Of a DNA stretch of 20,000 nt, positions 1 to 8,702 are shown in pieces; the first letter of the stretch is position 1; the number at the start of each line of letters is the position of its first letter. The notes under the pieces are model-generated. The model was not told the DNA's origin, did no database searches, and saw only the letters and a list, made by a program, of their open reading frames with translations. The DNA lies in IMG/VR virus record IMGVR_UViG_3300008113_000179. The stretch is one strand, 5' to 3'. Both the position numbers and the translations under genes were made by a program. Source of the DNA: an uncultured virus (IMG/VR IMGVR_UViG_3300008113_000179) (Duplodnaviria > Heunggongvirae > Uroviricota > Caudoviricetes).

Positions 1-900
1 ATTGATAATGCTGGAAAACAGTGGATCTGTCTCAAGCATCCGTTTGCATTAAAAGACAAATTTAACAAGGAAGTTCAACCATCACTAACTGATGATCGTT
101 CATTCTGGGACCCAGAACAACGAGTTCGTAAATTTTCCATATACGATATTAATCTAATATTACTGCAAAAATTTATTTCAGATAACGGATTTATTATTGA
201 TAACACGTTCTTGGATTATGCTGCTACTGTGGAAGAAATTTGGCAAGAATCTGTGAATTTTTTACCCTACTGCATGGTTTCTGATAACGAAGTTGTTTTA
301 AAAAACTCAAACGAGTCTACACAAACATACTTTGAAAAAAATAAAAAAGAAAATATCTTTGATAATTTACTATTAGCAAAAAATCTTGGGTTCAGATTAG
401 AAAAAATCACAAAACCTGAAAATTTGGTGGAAAAAATCGCCTCTGAACATGCAACGAAATTTTGGTTGAAAGATATTGAAAAATTTTTTACTATCTATAA
501 AAACATATCAGGGGTGGTTTGTGTTATTGTCGATGACAATGCTGATCCACAAGCATGGATTGAAAAGTTTATCGATACTTCGAAGAAAAATGATGTAAAC
601 TCTGAAGAAATCCGAGTTTGTTTTAGAACACGAAACGATGAAAATCCCAAATTCAATGATTGGATTAAAAATAATAATCTGGGCGGACCAATCGATAATG
701 CACGGCTACTAATTTTTAAAAATAAACCCCCTAAGTGGTTGTTTAAAGATAAGATAGATGTTAAAATTATAGTTGTGAATAAGCCGTTTCCACCTAGTAG
801 CATAATTACGCAATCGTGGATTAGTAATCATCCTTGTGTAATTTATCTAGACAAACTGAGGCCATCTATCACTAAGGAAAAAAATATTGTCGACTTGTAA
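1..900 (+). CDS. Hypothetical phage protein, 5'-truncated by the window edge
   Basis: Frame 1 is open from base 1 (IDNAGKQWICLKHPF...) through the listed 211..900 ORF, so the true start lies upstream. Its end overlaps the start of the helicase gene. Confidence 0.8.
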   Translation: MDNAGKQWICLKHPFALKDKFNKEVQPSLTDDRSFWDPEQRVRKFSIYDINLILLQKFISDNGFIIDNTFLDYAATVEEIWQESVNFLPYCMVSDNEVVLKNSNESTQTYFEKNKKENIFDNLLLAKNLGFRLEKITKPENLVEKIASEHATKFWLKDIEKFFTIYKNISGVVCVIVDDNADPQAWIEKFIDTSKKNDVNSEEIRVCFRTRNDENPKFNDWIKNNNLGGPIDNARLLIFKNKPPKWLFKDKIDVKIIVVNKPFPPSSIITQSWISNHPCVIYLDKLRPSITKEKNIVDL

Positions 901-2341
901 ACTTACAATTAGAGATGAAGTAAACATTAAGATTGATGGGCTTAGTGTAGAAATACGGCGCAAGATTGTTAACAAATTAAAGTTCGATCTGCCATATGCA
1001 AGACATATGCCAGCATATAAATTAGGCCGATGGGATGGAACTAAAACTTATTTTGGTATTGGTGGTACTGGTTATCTTGCACACTTGGATGTCATATTAC
1101 CCATCATAGAAGATGCAGGATATGAAATTGATGTGGAAGATTTACGCAATCATAATACATTTACATTTACTAACGTTACAGAAAACTATTGGTCGGATCA
1201 AGGAAAGACTTGGCCTAAAGGGCATCCTCAAGCAGGTCAGCCTATCATACTGCGTGATTACCAGTATGATGTTGTTAACAAGTTTTTAGAAAATCCTCAA
1301 GCATTACAGGAGGTAGCTACAGGTGCCGGCAAAACAATTACTACTGCTACGCTTAGTCATCTTTGTGAGCCTTATGGCCGTACAATGGTTATTGTTCCTA
1401 ACAAATCACTAGTTGTACAAACTGAAGAAGATTATAAAAATCTTGGACTTGATGTTGGAGTATACTTTGGTGATCGCAAAGAATTAGGCAAGACCCATAC
1501 CATTTGTACTTGGCAAAGTCTTAACGTATTAGACAAGAAAAGTTATGACACAGATGCGCTATCTTTAGCAGAATTTACTGAGGGTGTAACCGCCATAATC
1601 ATTGATGAAGTGCATCAAGCTAAAGCCGAAGTGCTAACAAAATTGCTAACAATCAACTTTAGAAACTGTGCGATTCGTTGGGGACTTACCGGAACAGTAC
1701 CTAAAGAAGCATTTGAATTTCAAGGTATTTTAGCCAGTATTGGTCCGGTAATTAATCAAGTGTCAGCACACGATTTACAGGAAAAAGGTGTTCTTGCACA
1801 ACTGAATATTAATGTATTACAGACAAATGAGGTTCAAGTTTTTAGAAGCTTCCAAGACGAATACTCATTTTTAGTAACAGACGATGATCGACTAACTTGG
1901 ATTGCAAACAAAATTAAAACATTATCACTAAGTGGAAATACTCTAGTATTAATTAATAGAATTGATACCGGCAATAAATTAATAGAACGATTGCCCGAGG
2001 CTGTATTCGTTAGTGGCGGAATGAAACTAGACGATAGGAAAGAAGAGTATGATGAAATTAAAACTAGTGATGACAAGATTATTGTGGCGACTTACGGTGT
2101 GGCCGCTGTGGGTATTAATATCCCTAGGATTTTTAATCTGGTTCTTCTTGAGCCCGGAAAGAGCTTTGTCAGAGTTATACAGAGTATTGGGCGAGGTATT
2201 AGAAAAGCAGAAGACAAGGATCATGTAGAGATCTGGGACATAACTAGTGCCTGCAAATATAGCAAGCGGCATCTAACAGAGCGCAAAAAGTTTTACAAGG
2301 ATGCAAAGTATCCCTTTACAGTAACCAAGGTAACCATATGA
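887..2341 (+). CDS. uvsW: UvsW-like superfamily 2 DNA helicase
   Basis: Q-motif LRDYQ, Walker A ATGAGKT, DEVH box, motif III TGT, and C-terminal GINIP and QSIGRGIR. TTG start with AAGGA upstream. Confidence 0.9.
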   Translation: MSTCKLTIRDEVNIKIDGLSVEIRRKIVNKLKFDLPYARHMPAYKLGRWDGTKTYFGIGGTGYLAHLDVILPIIEDAGYEIDVEDLRNHNTFTFTNVTENYWSDQGKTWPKGHPQAGQPIILRDYQYDVVNKFLENPQALQEVATGAGKTITTATLSHLCEPYGRTMVIVPNKSLVVQTEEDYKNLGLDVGVYFGDRKELGKTHTICTWQSLNVLDKKSYDTDALSLAEFTEGVTAIIIDEVHQAKAEVLTKLLTINFRNCAIRWGLTGTVPKEAFEFQGILASIGPVINQVSAHDLQEKGVLAQLNINVLQTNEVQVFRSFQDEYSFLVTDDDRLTWIANKIKTLSLSGNTLVLINRIDTGNKLIERLPEAVFVSGGMKLDDRKEEYDEIKTSDDKIIVATYGVAAVGINIPRIFNLVLLEPGKSFVRVIQSIGRGIRKAEDKDHVEIWDITSACKYSKRHLTERKKFYKDAKYPFTVTKVTI

Positions 2342-2844
2342 GAATTTTAACACTGAACAATAGATCTTTTGATCTAAACGAATTACCGGATGAGGTAGAT
2401 GAAGATACACGATTTAGTGTGTTAGATAATTCAAATCCTAATGAACCAGATTTTTTCTTTATGCCGCTAATTTTTCTTGAATCATTTAATAGTCCTGCTA
2501 TTTTATTAAATGTTGGAGGCTATGCAGTCCAAATGCCTTTAGACTGGTGTATGGTAGTTGGTGACAAAGATTGCGGGCTCGATCCAGAAGTTTTACCATT
2601 AACTAGTATTAACGAACGTGGATTTGATGCAATGTGTTTTAATCCTATTAACGGATTTAAAGTTGAATTTCGACCAATTGAAATTGTAAATATCTATCAA
2701 GACGTTCGTTGGTATTTTCCAAAGATGAAAAATGGCCAACTACTAACAGTGCCTTTACACGACGGCGATAGCCCTCCGTGTGTTTACTTTGTTAAAGAAG
2801 TATCAAGACAATGTGAAGTAATTCAATTAGATAAAATATTATAA
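2338..2844 (+). CDS. Hypothetical protein, possible degenerate stand-alone Hint-fold domain
   Basis: 168 aa; start overlaps the helicase stop. Hydrophobic pattern resembles intein blocks A/B/F without the catalytic residues (see findings). Confidence 0.7.
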   Translation: MRILTLNNRSFDLNELPDEVDEDTRFSVLDNSNPNEPDFFFMPLIFLESFNSPAILLNVGGYAVQMPLDWCMVVGDKDCGLDPEVLPLTSINERGFDAMCFNPINGFKVEFRPIEIVNIYQDVRWYFPKMKNGQLLTVPLHDGDSPPCVYFVKEVSRQCEVIQLDKIL

Positions 2845-2852
2845 GGACTAAT

Positions 2853-3209
2853 ATGAAAGCAGGAAAAGTATGGGGACAGACTGAATTGCTAGAAGCTAAT
2901 GGTGTACTAGAATTTCACCGCATTGAAGCCAAGGCCGGCGGAGTGTGTTCCAAGCACAAACACAAGTTTAAATGGAACGGATTTTTTGTTGAATCAGGTG
3001 AAATGATTATTCGAGTATGGAAGAATAATTATGATCTAGTAGACGAAACCTTGTTAAAGGCAGGTGATTATACCAAAGTTGCACCCGGAGAGTATCATCA
3101 GTTCGAAGCGGTTACCGATTGTGTTGCCTTTGAATTGTATTGGGCAGAATTTGACCATAACGACATTGAACGCGAAACAGTTGGACATGCAAAGAATGGG
3201 AAACCTTAA
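2853..3209 (+). CDS. Cupin-domain protein (sugar isomerase-like)
   Basis: Cupin motif 1 (SKHKH...FFVESG) and motif 2 (LKAGDYTKVAPGEYHQF); AAGGA RBS. Confidence 0.85.
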   Translation: MKAGKVWGQTELLEANGVLEFHRIEAKAGGVCSKHKHKFKWNGFFVESGEMIIRVWKNNYDLVDETLLKAGDYTKVAPGEYHQFEAVTDCVAFELYWAEFDHNDIERETVGHAKNGKP

Positions 3210-3495
3210 ACCAGGAGCATCTTACGTGTACGAGCGAGAGCAAGGCACCGTGTATGCTCATGAAACGGGAACTGATCCTAGTACTAGACAACCAATTGGG
3301 TGGAATTACGATCCTGGAGAATCGCCCCGATTCGATGCTCGAACGGATGACAGAAGACCGTTGCACGAACACATAATGGAAAACAAGTTATGGGGTGATA
3401 TTCGACAAGCTGCAAAAACAAATATCACTTTACAAGATGCCCTAGAACGTGTTAAAATATTGTATCACTTGAGCAAAGAAAATGGGACAAAATAA
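3196..3495 (+). CDS. Hypothetical protein (99 aa, MGNLKPGASYVYERE...)
   Basis: The ATG at 3196 overlaps only the cupin 3' end; the listed start at 3064 would overlap the cupin gene by about 145 nt. Confidence 0.7.
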   Translation: MGNLKPGASYVYEREQGTVYAHETGTDPSTRQPIGWNYDPGESPRFDARTDDRRPLHEHIMENKLWGDIRQAAKTNITLQDALERVKILYHLSKENGTK

Positions 3496-3961
3496 ACACG
3501 TAGACCTTTTTAAGGATATGATTCCGGCAGTAGACTTGGGTCTTATGGACCTATGGGATGCTGTTACTGAGGAAGGTCGAAAAGAAATTAAAGGCGACTT
3601 TTGGAATCTTAATCGTTACATCAGTAATGTTAAATCTAATAATAAAGAGTTGCAAGAACACTTCCTGTTAACTACAAACGAATTTTATAACAAGCACTGG
3701 AATGACATTCAAAAACATCCCAAGTTAGTTTGGCAAACTTTATGTATGTGTAGTCATGAAAGTAAAAAAACTCAATTTCACGAATGGATTCCTTTAAAGA
3801 AACAAAAGAATAAAAAGGTTGAATTTTTGTCGGAACTATTTCCTAATATGAAAATAGCAGATGTTGAAACATTAGCTACTGTAACTACTGACAAAGAAAT
3901 TAAGGAATACTGTGCGACACTTGGTTGGGATAAAAAGCAAGTCAATGCAATTAAATTTTAA
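3482..3961 (+). CDS. Probable clamp-loader small subunit (T4 gp62-like)
   Basis: 159 aa, helical composition. FHEWIPLKKQK followed by ELFPNMKIADVETLATVTTDKEIKEY resembles the gp62-family C-terminal pattern. Replication context; resemblance by eye only. Confidence 0.5.
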   Translation: MGQNKHVDLFKDMIPAVDLGLMDLWDAVTEEGRKEIKGDFWNLNRYISNVKSNNKELQEHFLLTTNEFYNKHWNDIQKHPKLVWQTLCMCSHESKKTQFHEWIPLKKQKNKKVEFLSELFPNMKIADVETLATVTTDKEIKEYCATLGWDKKQVNAIKF

Positions 3962-4628
3962 ATGCGAACATTGTGAAAAATTATTTGCTAAAGAAAAAAC
4001 TTTAGTAGTTCACATCTGCGAACAAAAACGTAGACATTTAAGCAAAAATGAAAAGCATGTTCAAATGGGGCTGTTAACTTTCCAGCGGTTTTATGAGCTC
4101 ACACAAAAAGCAAAGCAACCAAAAACTTTTGAGGAATTTGCATCAAGTAGTTTTTATACAGCGTTTGTTAAGTTTGGTAGCTTCATGGTTAATACCGCTC
4201 CGATCTATCCAGAAAGATTTATTGACTTTGTTGTTAAGAGTGGAGTTAAATTAGATCACTGGTGCAGAGACGAGTTATACGACAAATACATCAGCGAACT
4301 AATTAAAATAGAACCTGCAGATGGCGCTGTACAACGAACGATCCAGTCTATGATGAATTGGGCAGATAACAACTCTGCACCGTGGGAACACTATTTTGCT
4401 TATGTTAATTTAAACAGAGCTACACACGATATTAAAGAAGGTTTAATAAGTCCTTGGATCTTGTTAAATACCAAAGCAGGAAAAGAAATGCTTCAGCGCA
4501 TGAATGACGAACAATTAGAAATTGTTGGTCCGGTAATTGACCCACAATTCTGGATGCGTAGATTTAAATCTTTACCGGCAGATATTGAACTTATTAAAGA
4601 CGTCATCAAGGAGGCGAAAATATTATAA
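3945..4628 (+). CDS. Hypothetical protein with N-terminal C2H2/C2HC-type zinc finger
   Basis: FKCEHCEKLFAKEKTLVVHIC = C-x2-C-x12-H-x-C; ATG at 3945 preferred. Confidence 0.75.
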   Translation: MQLNFKCEHCEKLFAKEKTLVVHICEQKRRHLSKNEKHVQMGLLTFQRFYELTQKAKQPKTFEEFASSSFYTAFVKFGSFMVNTAPIYPERFIDFVVKSGVKLDHWCRDELYDKYISELIKIEPADGAVQRTIQSMMNWADNNSAPWEHYFAYVNLNRATHDIKEGLISPWILLNTKAGKEMLQRMNDEQLEIVGPVIDPQFWMRRFKSLPADIELIKDVIKEAKIL

Positions 4629-4852
4629 TGGCCAAACGACCAGATCCTGAGATTCAAGAAGAAGAATTAAAAGACAACGAAGAATTTATTTCTAGAGATG
4701 ACATTGATATTGAAGTAGTAGTTGCAGAAGATACTAACGATGTATATGTAAAATTTTCTGGTTTTGATGATGATGAAGATGCAGCAGAATATGCAGAATT
4801 TTTAGCAGAAACATTGCCATTACTGTTATTTGAAACTACGAGGTTACAATAA
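4628..4852 (+). CDS. Small highly acidic protein
   Basis: 74 aa with about 24 Asp/Glu versus 6 Lys/Arg. AAGGAGG lies upstream; TAATG coupling at both ends. Confidence 0.75.
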   Translation: MAKRPDPEIQEEELKDNEEFISRDDIDIEVVVAEDTNDVYVKFSGFDDDEDAAEYAEFLAETLPLLLFETTRLQ

Positions 4853-5427
4853 TGCCAGACATCGATATTGACTTTGTTGATAGAGAAGCCGCACTTAAAT
4901 TATTTAAATATACAACTGCAAGTCGTCTTGAAAATAATAATCTAGTGAAACACAATACCGGAGTCTATCTACACGATGTTCCAGTAGATCCGATCACTGG
5001 ATTATGTTCTATCCCATATGACCAAGCAGAGGATAAGTTTTTTAAAATAGACTTTCTTAATGTTGGGATTTATAAAGGTGTTCGAGATGAGGCACACTTA
5101 ACACAACTAATGGGGACTGAACCACTATGGGATCTACTAGAACAAGACGACTTTAGCAACTTGCTATTTCACGTGAATGGACATGGGTCTATCTTAAAAC
5201 AAACAAAGCCGCAGAGTGTGGAACAATTAGCGGCAGTACTTGCAATGATTCGTCCCGCCAAGCGTTACTTGATAGGAAAAGGATGGAACGAAATCAATTC
5301 AGAGGTGTGGGTAAAGCCTGTAAACGATGATTATTTCTTTAAGAAAAGTCATGCTACTGCATATGCTGTAGCCATTGTAGTACAAATGAATTTAATTTGC
5401 GAAAATATTAGTTATGGGTTTAGTTAA
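4852..5427 (+). CDS. dnaE: Miniature DNA polymerase III alpha (DnaE, C-family) catalytic core
   Basis: Ordered DnaE motifs MPDIDIDF, KHNTGVY, KIDFLNV, LAAVLAMIRPA and YFFKKSHATAYA within 191 aa. Confidence 0.85.
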   Translation: MPDIDIDFVDREAALKLFKYTTASRLENNNLVKHNTGVYLHDVPVDPITGLCSIPYDQAEDKFFKIDFLNVGIYKGVRDEAHLTQLMGTEPLWDLLEQDDFSNLLFHVNGHGSILKQTKPQSVEQLAAVLAMIRPAKRYLIGKGWNEINSEVWVKPVNDDYFFKKSHATAYAVAIVVQMNLICENISYGFS

Positions 5428-5795
5428 GTTGCTTTTCTAACTAGCGTAATAGATTTTCGTTTAATTCTTTTTGTTATAATATCATTTAAACTTGTGCATG
5501 GGCCTAATACAAGTCTAACATCTTTAGTTGAAAAATTCTTAATTGCGTATCTAAACTCAAAAATTTCTCTAGATAAAAATATATTAATGGGGATTTGCCT
5601 ATTTGATTCCCACCACCAAGCTTCTCCTAATTCTAAAAACTTGGCTTTTTCTGGATCTGTTTTAATAGAAGCATAATCATAAAGGCTAGTTATTGCGGCA
5701 TCTTGATTGATGATAATACCCACGTATTCTTGGCTAACGTGAGTGATAACGCTAATAAACGGAAAATTTTCTTGTAGGTTTTCTGTAATTCTCAT
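5424..5795 (-). CDS. Hypothetical protein (123 aa, MRITENLQENFPF...WWWESNRQIPINIF)
   Basis: Start reassigned to the ATG at 5795, because the listed extension to 6023 overlaps the divergent 5825 gene. Stop overlaps the dnaE stop. Confidence 0.75.
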   Translation of the reverse strand: MRITENLQENFPFISVITHVSQEYVGIIINQDAAITSLYDYASIKTDPEKAKFLELGEAWWWESNRQIPINIFLSREIFEFRYAIKNFSTKDVRLVLGPCTSLNDIITKRIKRKSITLVRKAT

Positions 5796-5796
5796 A

Positions 5797-5803
5797 CTAA
5801 ATA
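5797..5803 (+). promoter_or_regulatory. Putative T4-like late promoter box CTAAATA
   Basis: Resembles the T4 late box TATAAATA; 21 nt upstream of a structural-type gene; the motif recurs before several other genes. Confidence 0.55.
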
Positions 5804-5824
5804 TATTAAAGGGTCGACAAATGT

Positions 5825-6619
5825 ATGCAACTAATTCCAGTTTATTTATATCCAAACAAGGTCGACGTCTACACAAATGTCCCTGGGACATGGACCACGG
5901 AGAGGTATCGAAAAGTGTATAATCGAACTGTAAAGCTGTTTCGTGGTGCCGATAACCGTGTTGATATTCAGATAAGAAACTCTGACGAAAAAGCATTAAA
6001 TGTAACCGGCTCCACAGTATCATTTAGCCTTATTAGGTACAGCAACCAAAGTTTAGTGGTTACAAAAACTTGCACACCTATTGATATAACCAAAGGTAGA
6101 TTTTACGTAACTATTACCGAACAAGAACTGTATGATATCAACAATGGGTTTTATCAATACTCGGTCTACAAAGAAACTCCAACAGGAGTAAAAACTCCAT
6201 TATATATTGATAGTCAGTATGGTGCTGTAGCTAACATCGAAGTTGTAGGCGACATAAAAGGTAATTTGCAACCGAGCCTTGATATAATCGAGTTTGCTGA
6301 ATATAACCCCGGTGTGTTTGGAGAAATTGGTAATATATTTTTTACTAGCAGTCTAATAGATACAAATTATGAATCAGAAGTTAGTAACAGTACACATACA
6401 TTTGCGTTTTATTCAACAGGATATACTGGATCGGTAAAAATACAAGCAAGTTTAGACGAAAGTGCTGCACCTAATAATTGGACAACAATTACTACAATTT
6501 CGATCAATAATGACCCGTTAATGTATTCAAACGTTACCGGCAAATGGAAATGGTTTCGAATTGTGCATACTCCGGTAACTAATTCTACCGGAAAGTTTGA
6601 CAAAATAACGTATAGATAG
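5825..6619 (+). CDS. Probable virion structural protein with BppU N-terminal-like beta domain
   Basis: RGADNRVDIQIRNSDEKALNVTGSTVSF...KGRFYVTITEQE pattern; Thr/Ser/Asn-rich beta composition; late box upstream. Confidence 0.55.
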   Translation: MQLIPVYLYPNKVDVYTNVPGTWTTERYRKVYNRTVKLFRGADNRVDIQIRNSDEKALNVTGSTVSFSLIRYSNQSLVVTKTCTPIDITKGRFYVTITEQELYDINNGFYQYSVYKETPTGVKTPLYIDSQYGAVANIEVVGDIKGNLQPSLDIIEFAEYNPGVFGEIGNIFFTSSLIDTNYESEVSNSTHTFAFYSTGYTGSVKIQASLDESAAPNNWTTITTISINNDPLMYSNVTGKWKWFRIVHTPVTNSTGKFDKITYR

Positions 6620-6625
6620 TATACT
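6597..6625 (+). promoter_or_regulatory. Sigma70-type promoter for the primase gene (probably leaderless)
   Basis: TTGACA(6597-6602)-N17-TATACT(6620-6625), then 6 nt to ATG 6632. Confidence 0.8.
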
Positions 6626-6631
6626 AGTGCT

Positions 6632-7648
6632 ATGGCCCTAGTCGTAGACACTTTTCGTAAACTAATACCTCCCCGTGCTAAGTCGAGCCCTAGCGGATGG
6701 ATCAGTTTTAATGCCCCATGTTGCAGTCATCGTGGACATAGTTCAGATACTCGTAAACGTGGCGGGCTTATGGTTGGCGATTCAATTGTATTCAATTGCT
6801 TTAATTGTAAATTTTCTACAGGGTGGAAGCCTGGGTCGTCACTAACTACTAAATTTAAAAATTTGTGTAAGTGGTTAGGAGCATCAGACGACGATATCAA
6901 GCACATGATATTCGATGCTATGAAAACCGAATCCGTTGACTATGTGCCTACAGAATCAAAAGAACTTGTAATATTCACGAAAAAAGAATTGCCGCCAGGC
7001 TCATTGCCTATTAAAGAATGGGCTAATCGATCATCATCATTATTAACTGAACTAGGTCCAGTATTAGAATATCTTGTTGATAGAGGGTTTGATCCAGCTG
7101 CCAATAATTTTTATTGGAGTCCTGAACCAGGATATTCTGATAGAGTTATCATTCCGTTTTTCTATAACGGAGAAATTGTTGGCAATACTGCAAGAAAAGT
7201 TCGTAACGGCAAACCAAAATATTTGTCAGATCAACATCCGTTTTTTGTGTTCAATGTTGACGAGCAAACAGAAGAAAAAAAATATGTATTTGTTTGTGAA
7301 GGCCCGTTTGATGCATTATCAATCGGAGGTGTTGCACTTCTCACTAATGAAATCTCTTCGCAGCAGGCCCGCATAATTAATAATATAGGGTGTGAAGTTA
7401 TTGTGATCCCAGATCAAGATATTCCAGGACTGGTATTGATTGATCAAGCAAAAGAATTAGGATGGAAGGTAGCATTCCCCACGTGGGACAATGATACTAA
7501 AGATTGTGCAGATGCTGTACAAAAATATGGAAAATTATTTGTTATTGTGGATGCTATAAAAACAGCCACTAACAATCCTGCTAAAATAGAAATTGAAAAA
7601 AGAAAACTTCGAGATAAGTTTGAATATATGGAGAATCAACATGGTTAA
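6632..7648 (+). CDS. dnaG: DNA primase (T4 gp61/DnaG-type, Zn-binding plus TOPRIM)
   Basis: N-terminal PCC...NCFNC Zn ligands, RVIIPF, KPKYL, and TOPRIM motifs CEGPFDAL and PDQD, then KDCAD. Confidence 0.9.
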   Translation: MALVVDTFRKLIPPRAKSSPSGWISFNAPCCSHRGHSSDTRKRGGLMVGDSIVFNCFNCKFSTGWKPGSSLTTKFKNLCKWLGASDDDIKHMIFDAMKTESVDYVPTESKELVIFTKKELPPGSLPIKEWANRSSSLLTELGPVLEYLVDRGFDPAANNFYWSPEPGYSDRVIIPFFYNGEIVGNTARKVRNGKPKYLSDQHPFFVFNVDEQTEEKKYVFVCEGPFDALSIGGVALLTNEISSQQARIINNIGCEVIVIPDQDIPGLVLIDQAKELGWKVAFPTWDNDTKDCADAVQKYGKLFVIVDAIKTATNNPAKIEIEKRKLRDKFEYMENQHG

Positions 7649-7757
7649 AAAAATACTAAATTTTATTTTATATCCCTGGCACAAGTATCAAGAACACAAG
7701 GCGTGGAAAAAACGTTTAGAAGAATTACGTAAACGTGATCCATTTATCTACAAATGA
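7641..7757 (+). CDS. 38-aa basic peptide MVKKILNFILYPWHKYQEHKAWKKRLEELRKRDPFIYK
   Basis: Below the ORF-track cutoff. GGAGA RBS upstream; fills the gap exactly; ATGA-coupled to the carbamoyltransferase. Confidence 0.75.
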   Translation: MVKKILNFILYPWHKYQEHKAWKKRLEELRKRDPFIYK

Positions 7758-8695
7758 TTGAGTGGGGGGTGAATGCCCTTAATCACGGTTCTAGTCTAGC
7801 TGTATTCAAGGACGGTAGTCTATGGTCCAACCAAGCGGGCTCTTCGGACGAGTTAGACAGCAAAATAATTACCGATGCCCTGCATGTTGGAGCACCGGAT
7901 CGTATCTTTTGGTACGAACGTCCCTGGATAAAGAAGGCAAGACAACTACGTGCAGGCCAATGGCATCGTGTCTTAGACATGTCCGTACTTCCACGCAAAT
8001 ACATGAAAGCGCAACATTATGCTCCGATCACTTATACTCCGCATCATGCTAGCCATGCAGCCGCAGGCTACTATACCAGTCCTTTTAATCATTGTGCTAT
8101 TGTGGTACTCGACGCCATAGGTGAGTTTGAATGTGCTACCATATGGGAAGGCAAGCAAGGAGAAATGCGCAAAGTGTGGAGTAGAAGCTATCCAAATAGT
8201 TTAGGATTATTTTACAGTGCATTTACACACGCTCTCGGAATGACTCCTATTCAAGATGAATATCAGTTACAACAAATGTCTGAAAAAGGCAATCCTAAAA
8301 TTTTTTATTACAAAGTAAAGAAATATTTTACAGGTCTTTTAGAATTGAATTATAATTTTCACAAAGGTGTTAATGATCAAAAATTCTACATAGATAGCAT
8401 AGAAGACGAATGCAATCTTGCTGCCGCTGTTCAATTAGTGTTTGAAGAACAAATTGCATTGATTATGAATAAGGCAAAAGAACTAACTAATTCAGATTGT
8501 TTAGTATACATGGGTGGATGTGCAATGAACAGCAAGGCAAATAAAAAAATTGTAGAGCCCATGTTTGAGTATCGTTGGTCATTGCCTAATCCAGGAGACC
8601 CTAGCAGTAGTATTGGAGCAGTATTGTATCACACTAAACAAAGAGAGCAAAAATACAACTTTGGTGTTGCAAAACATATAGAGATTCGTGTATAA
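7754..8695 (+). CDS. NodU/CmcH-family carbamoyltransferase, N-terminal Kae1-like domain only
   Basis: HHASHAAAGYY, LDAIGE, SLGLFYSAFT, GGCAMNS and PNPGDPSSSIGA motifs. Ends at 313 aa without the C-terminal YrdC-like domain. Confidence 0.85.
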   Translation: MIEWGVNALNHGSSLAVFKDGSLWSNQAGSSDELDSKIITDALHVGAPDRIFWYERPWIKKARQLRAGQWHRVLDMSVLPRKYMKAQHYAPITYTPHHASHAAAGYYTSPFNHCAIVVLDAIGEFECATIWEGKQGEMRKVWSRSYPNSLGLFYSAFTHALGMTPIQDEYQLQQMSEKGNPKIFYYKVKKYFTGLLELNYNFHKGVNDQKFYIDSIEDECNLAAAVQLVFEEQIALIMNKAKELTNSDCLVYMGGCAMNSKANKKIVEPMFEYRWSLPNPGDPSSSIGAVLYHTKQREQKYNFGVAKHIEIRV

Positions 8696-8696
8696 T
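8667..8696 (+). promoter_or_regulatory. Putative sigma70-type promoter (probably leaderless)
   Basis: TTGCAA-N18-TATAAT, then 6 nt to ATG 8703. Confidence 0.55.
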
Positions 8697-8702
8697 AAAA
8701 GT

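Noticed and set aside
5796..6023. N-terminal extension of the 199-aa - strand ORF
   Set aside because: Overlaps the divergent 5825 gene; the ATG at 5795 gives clean packing.
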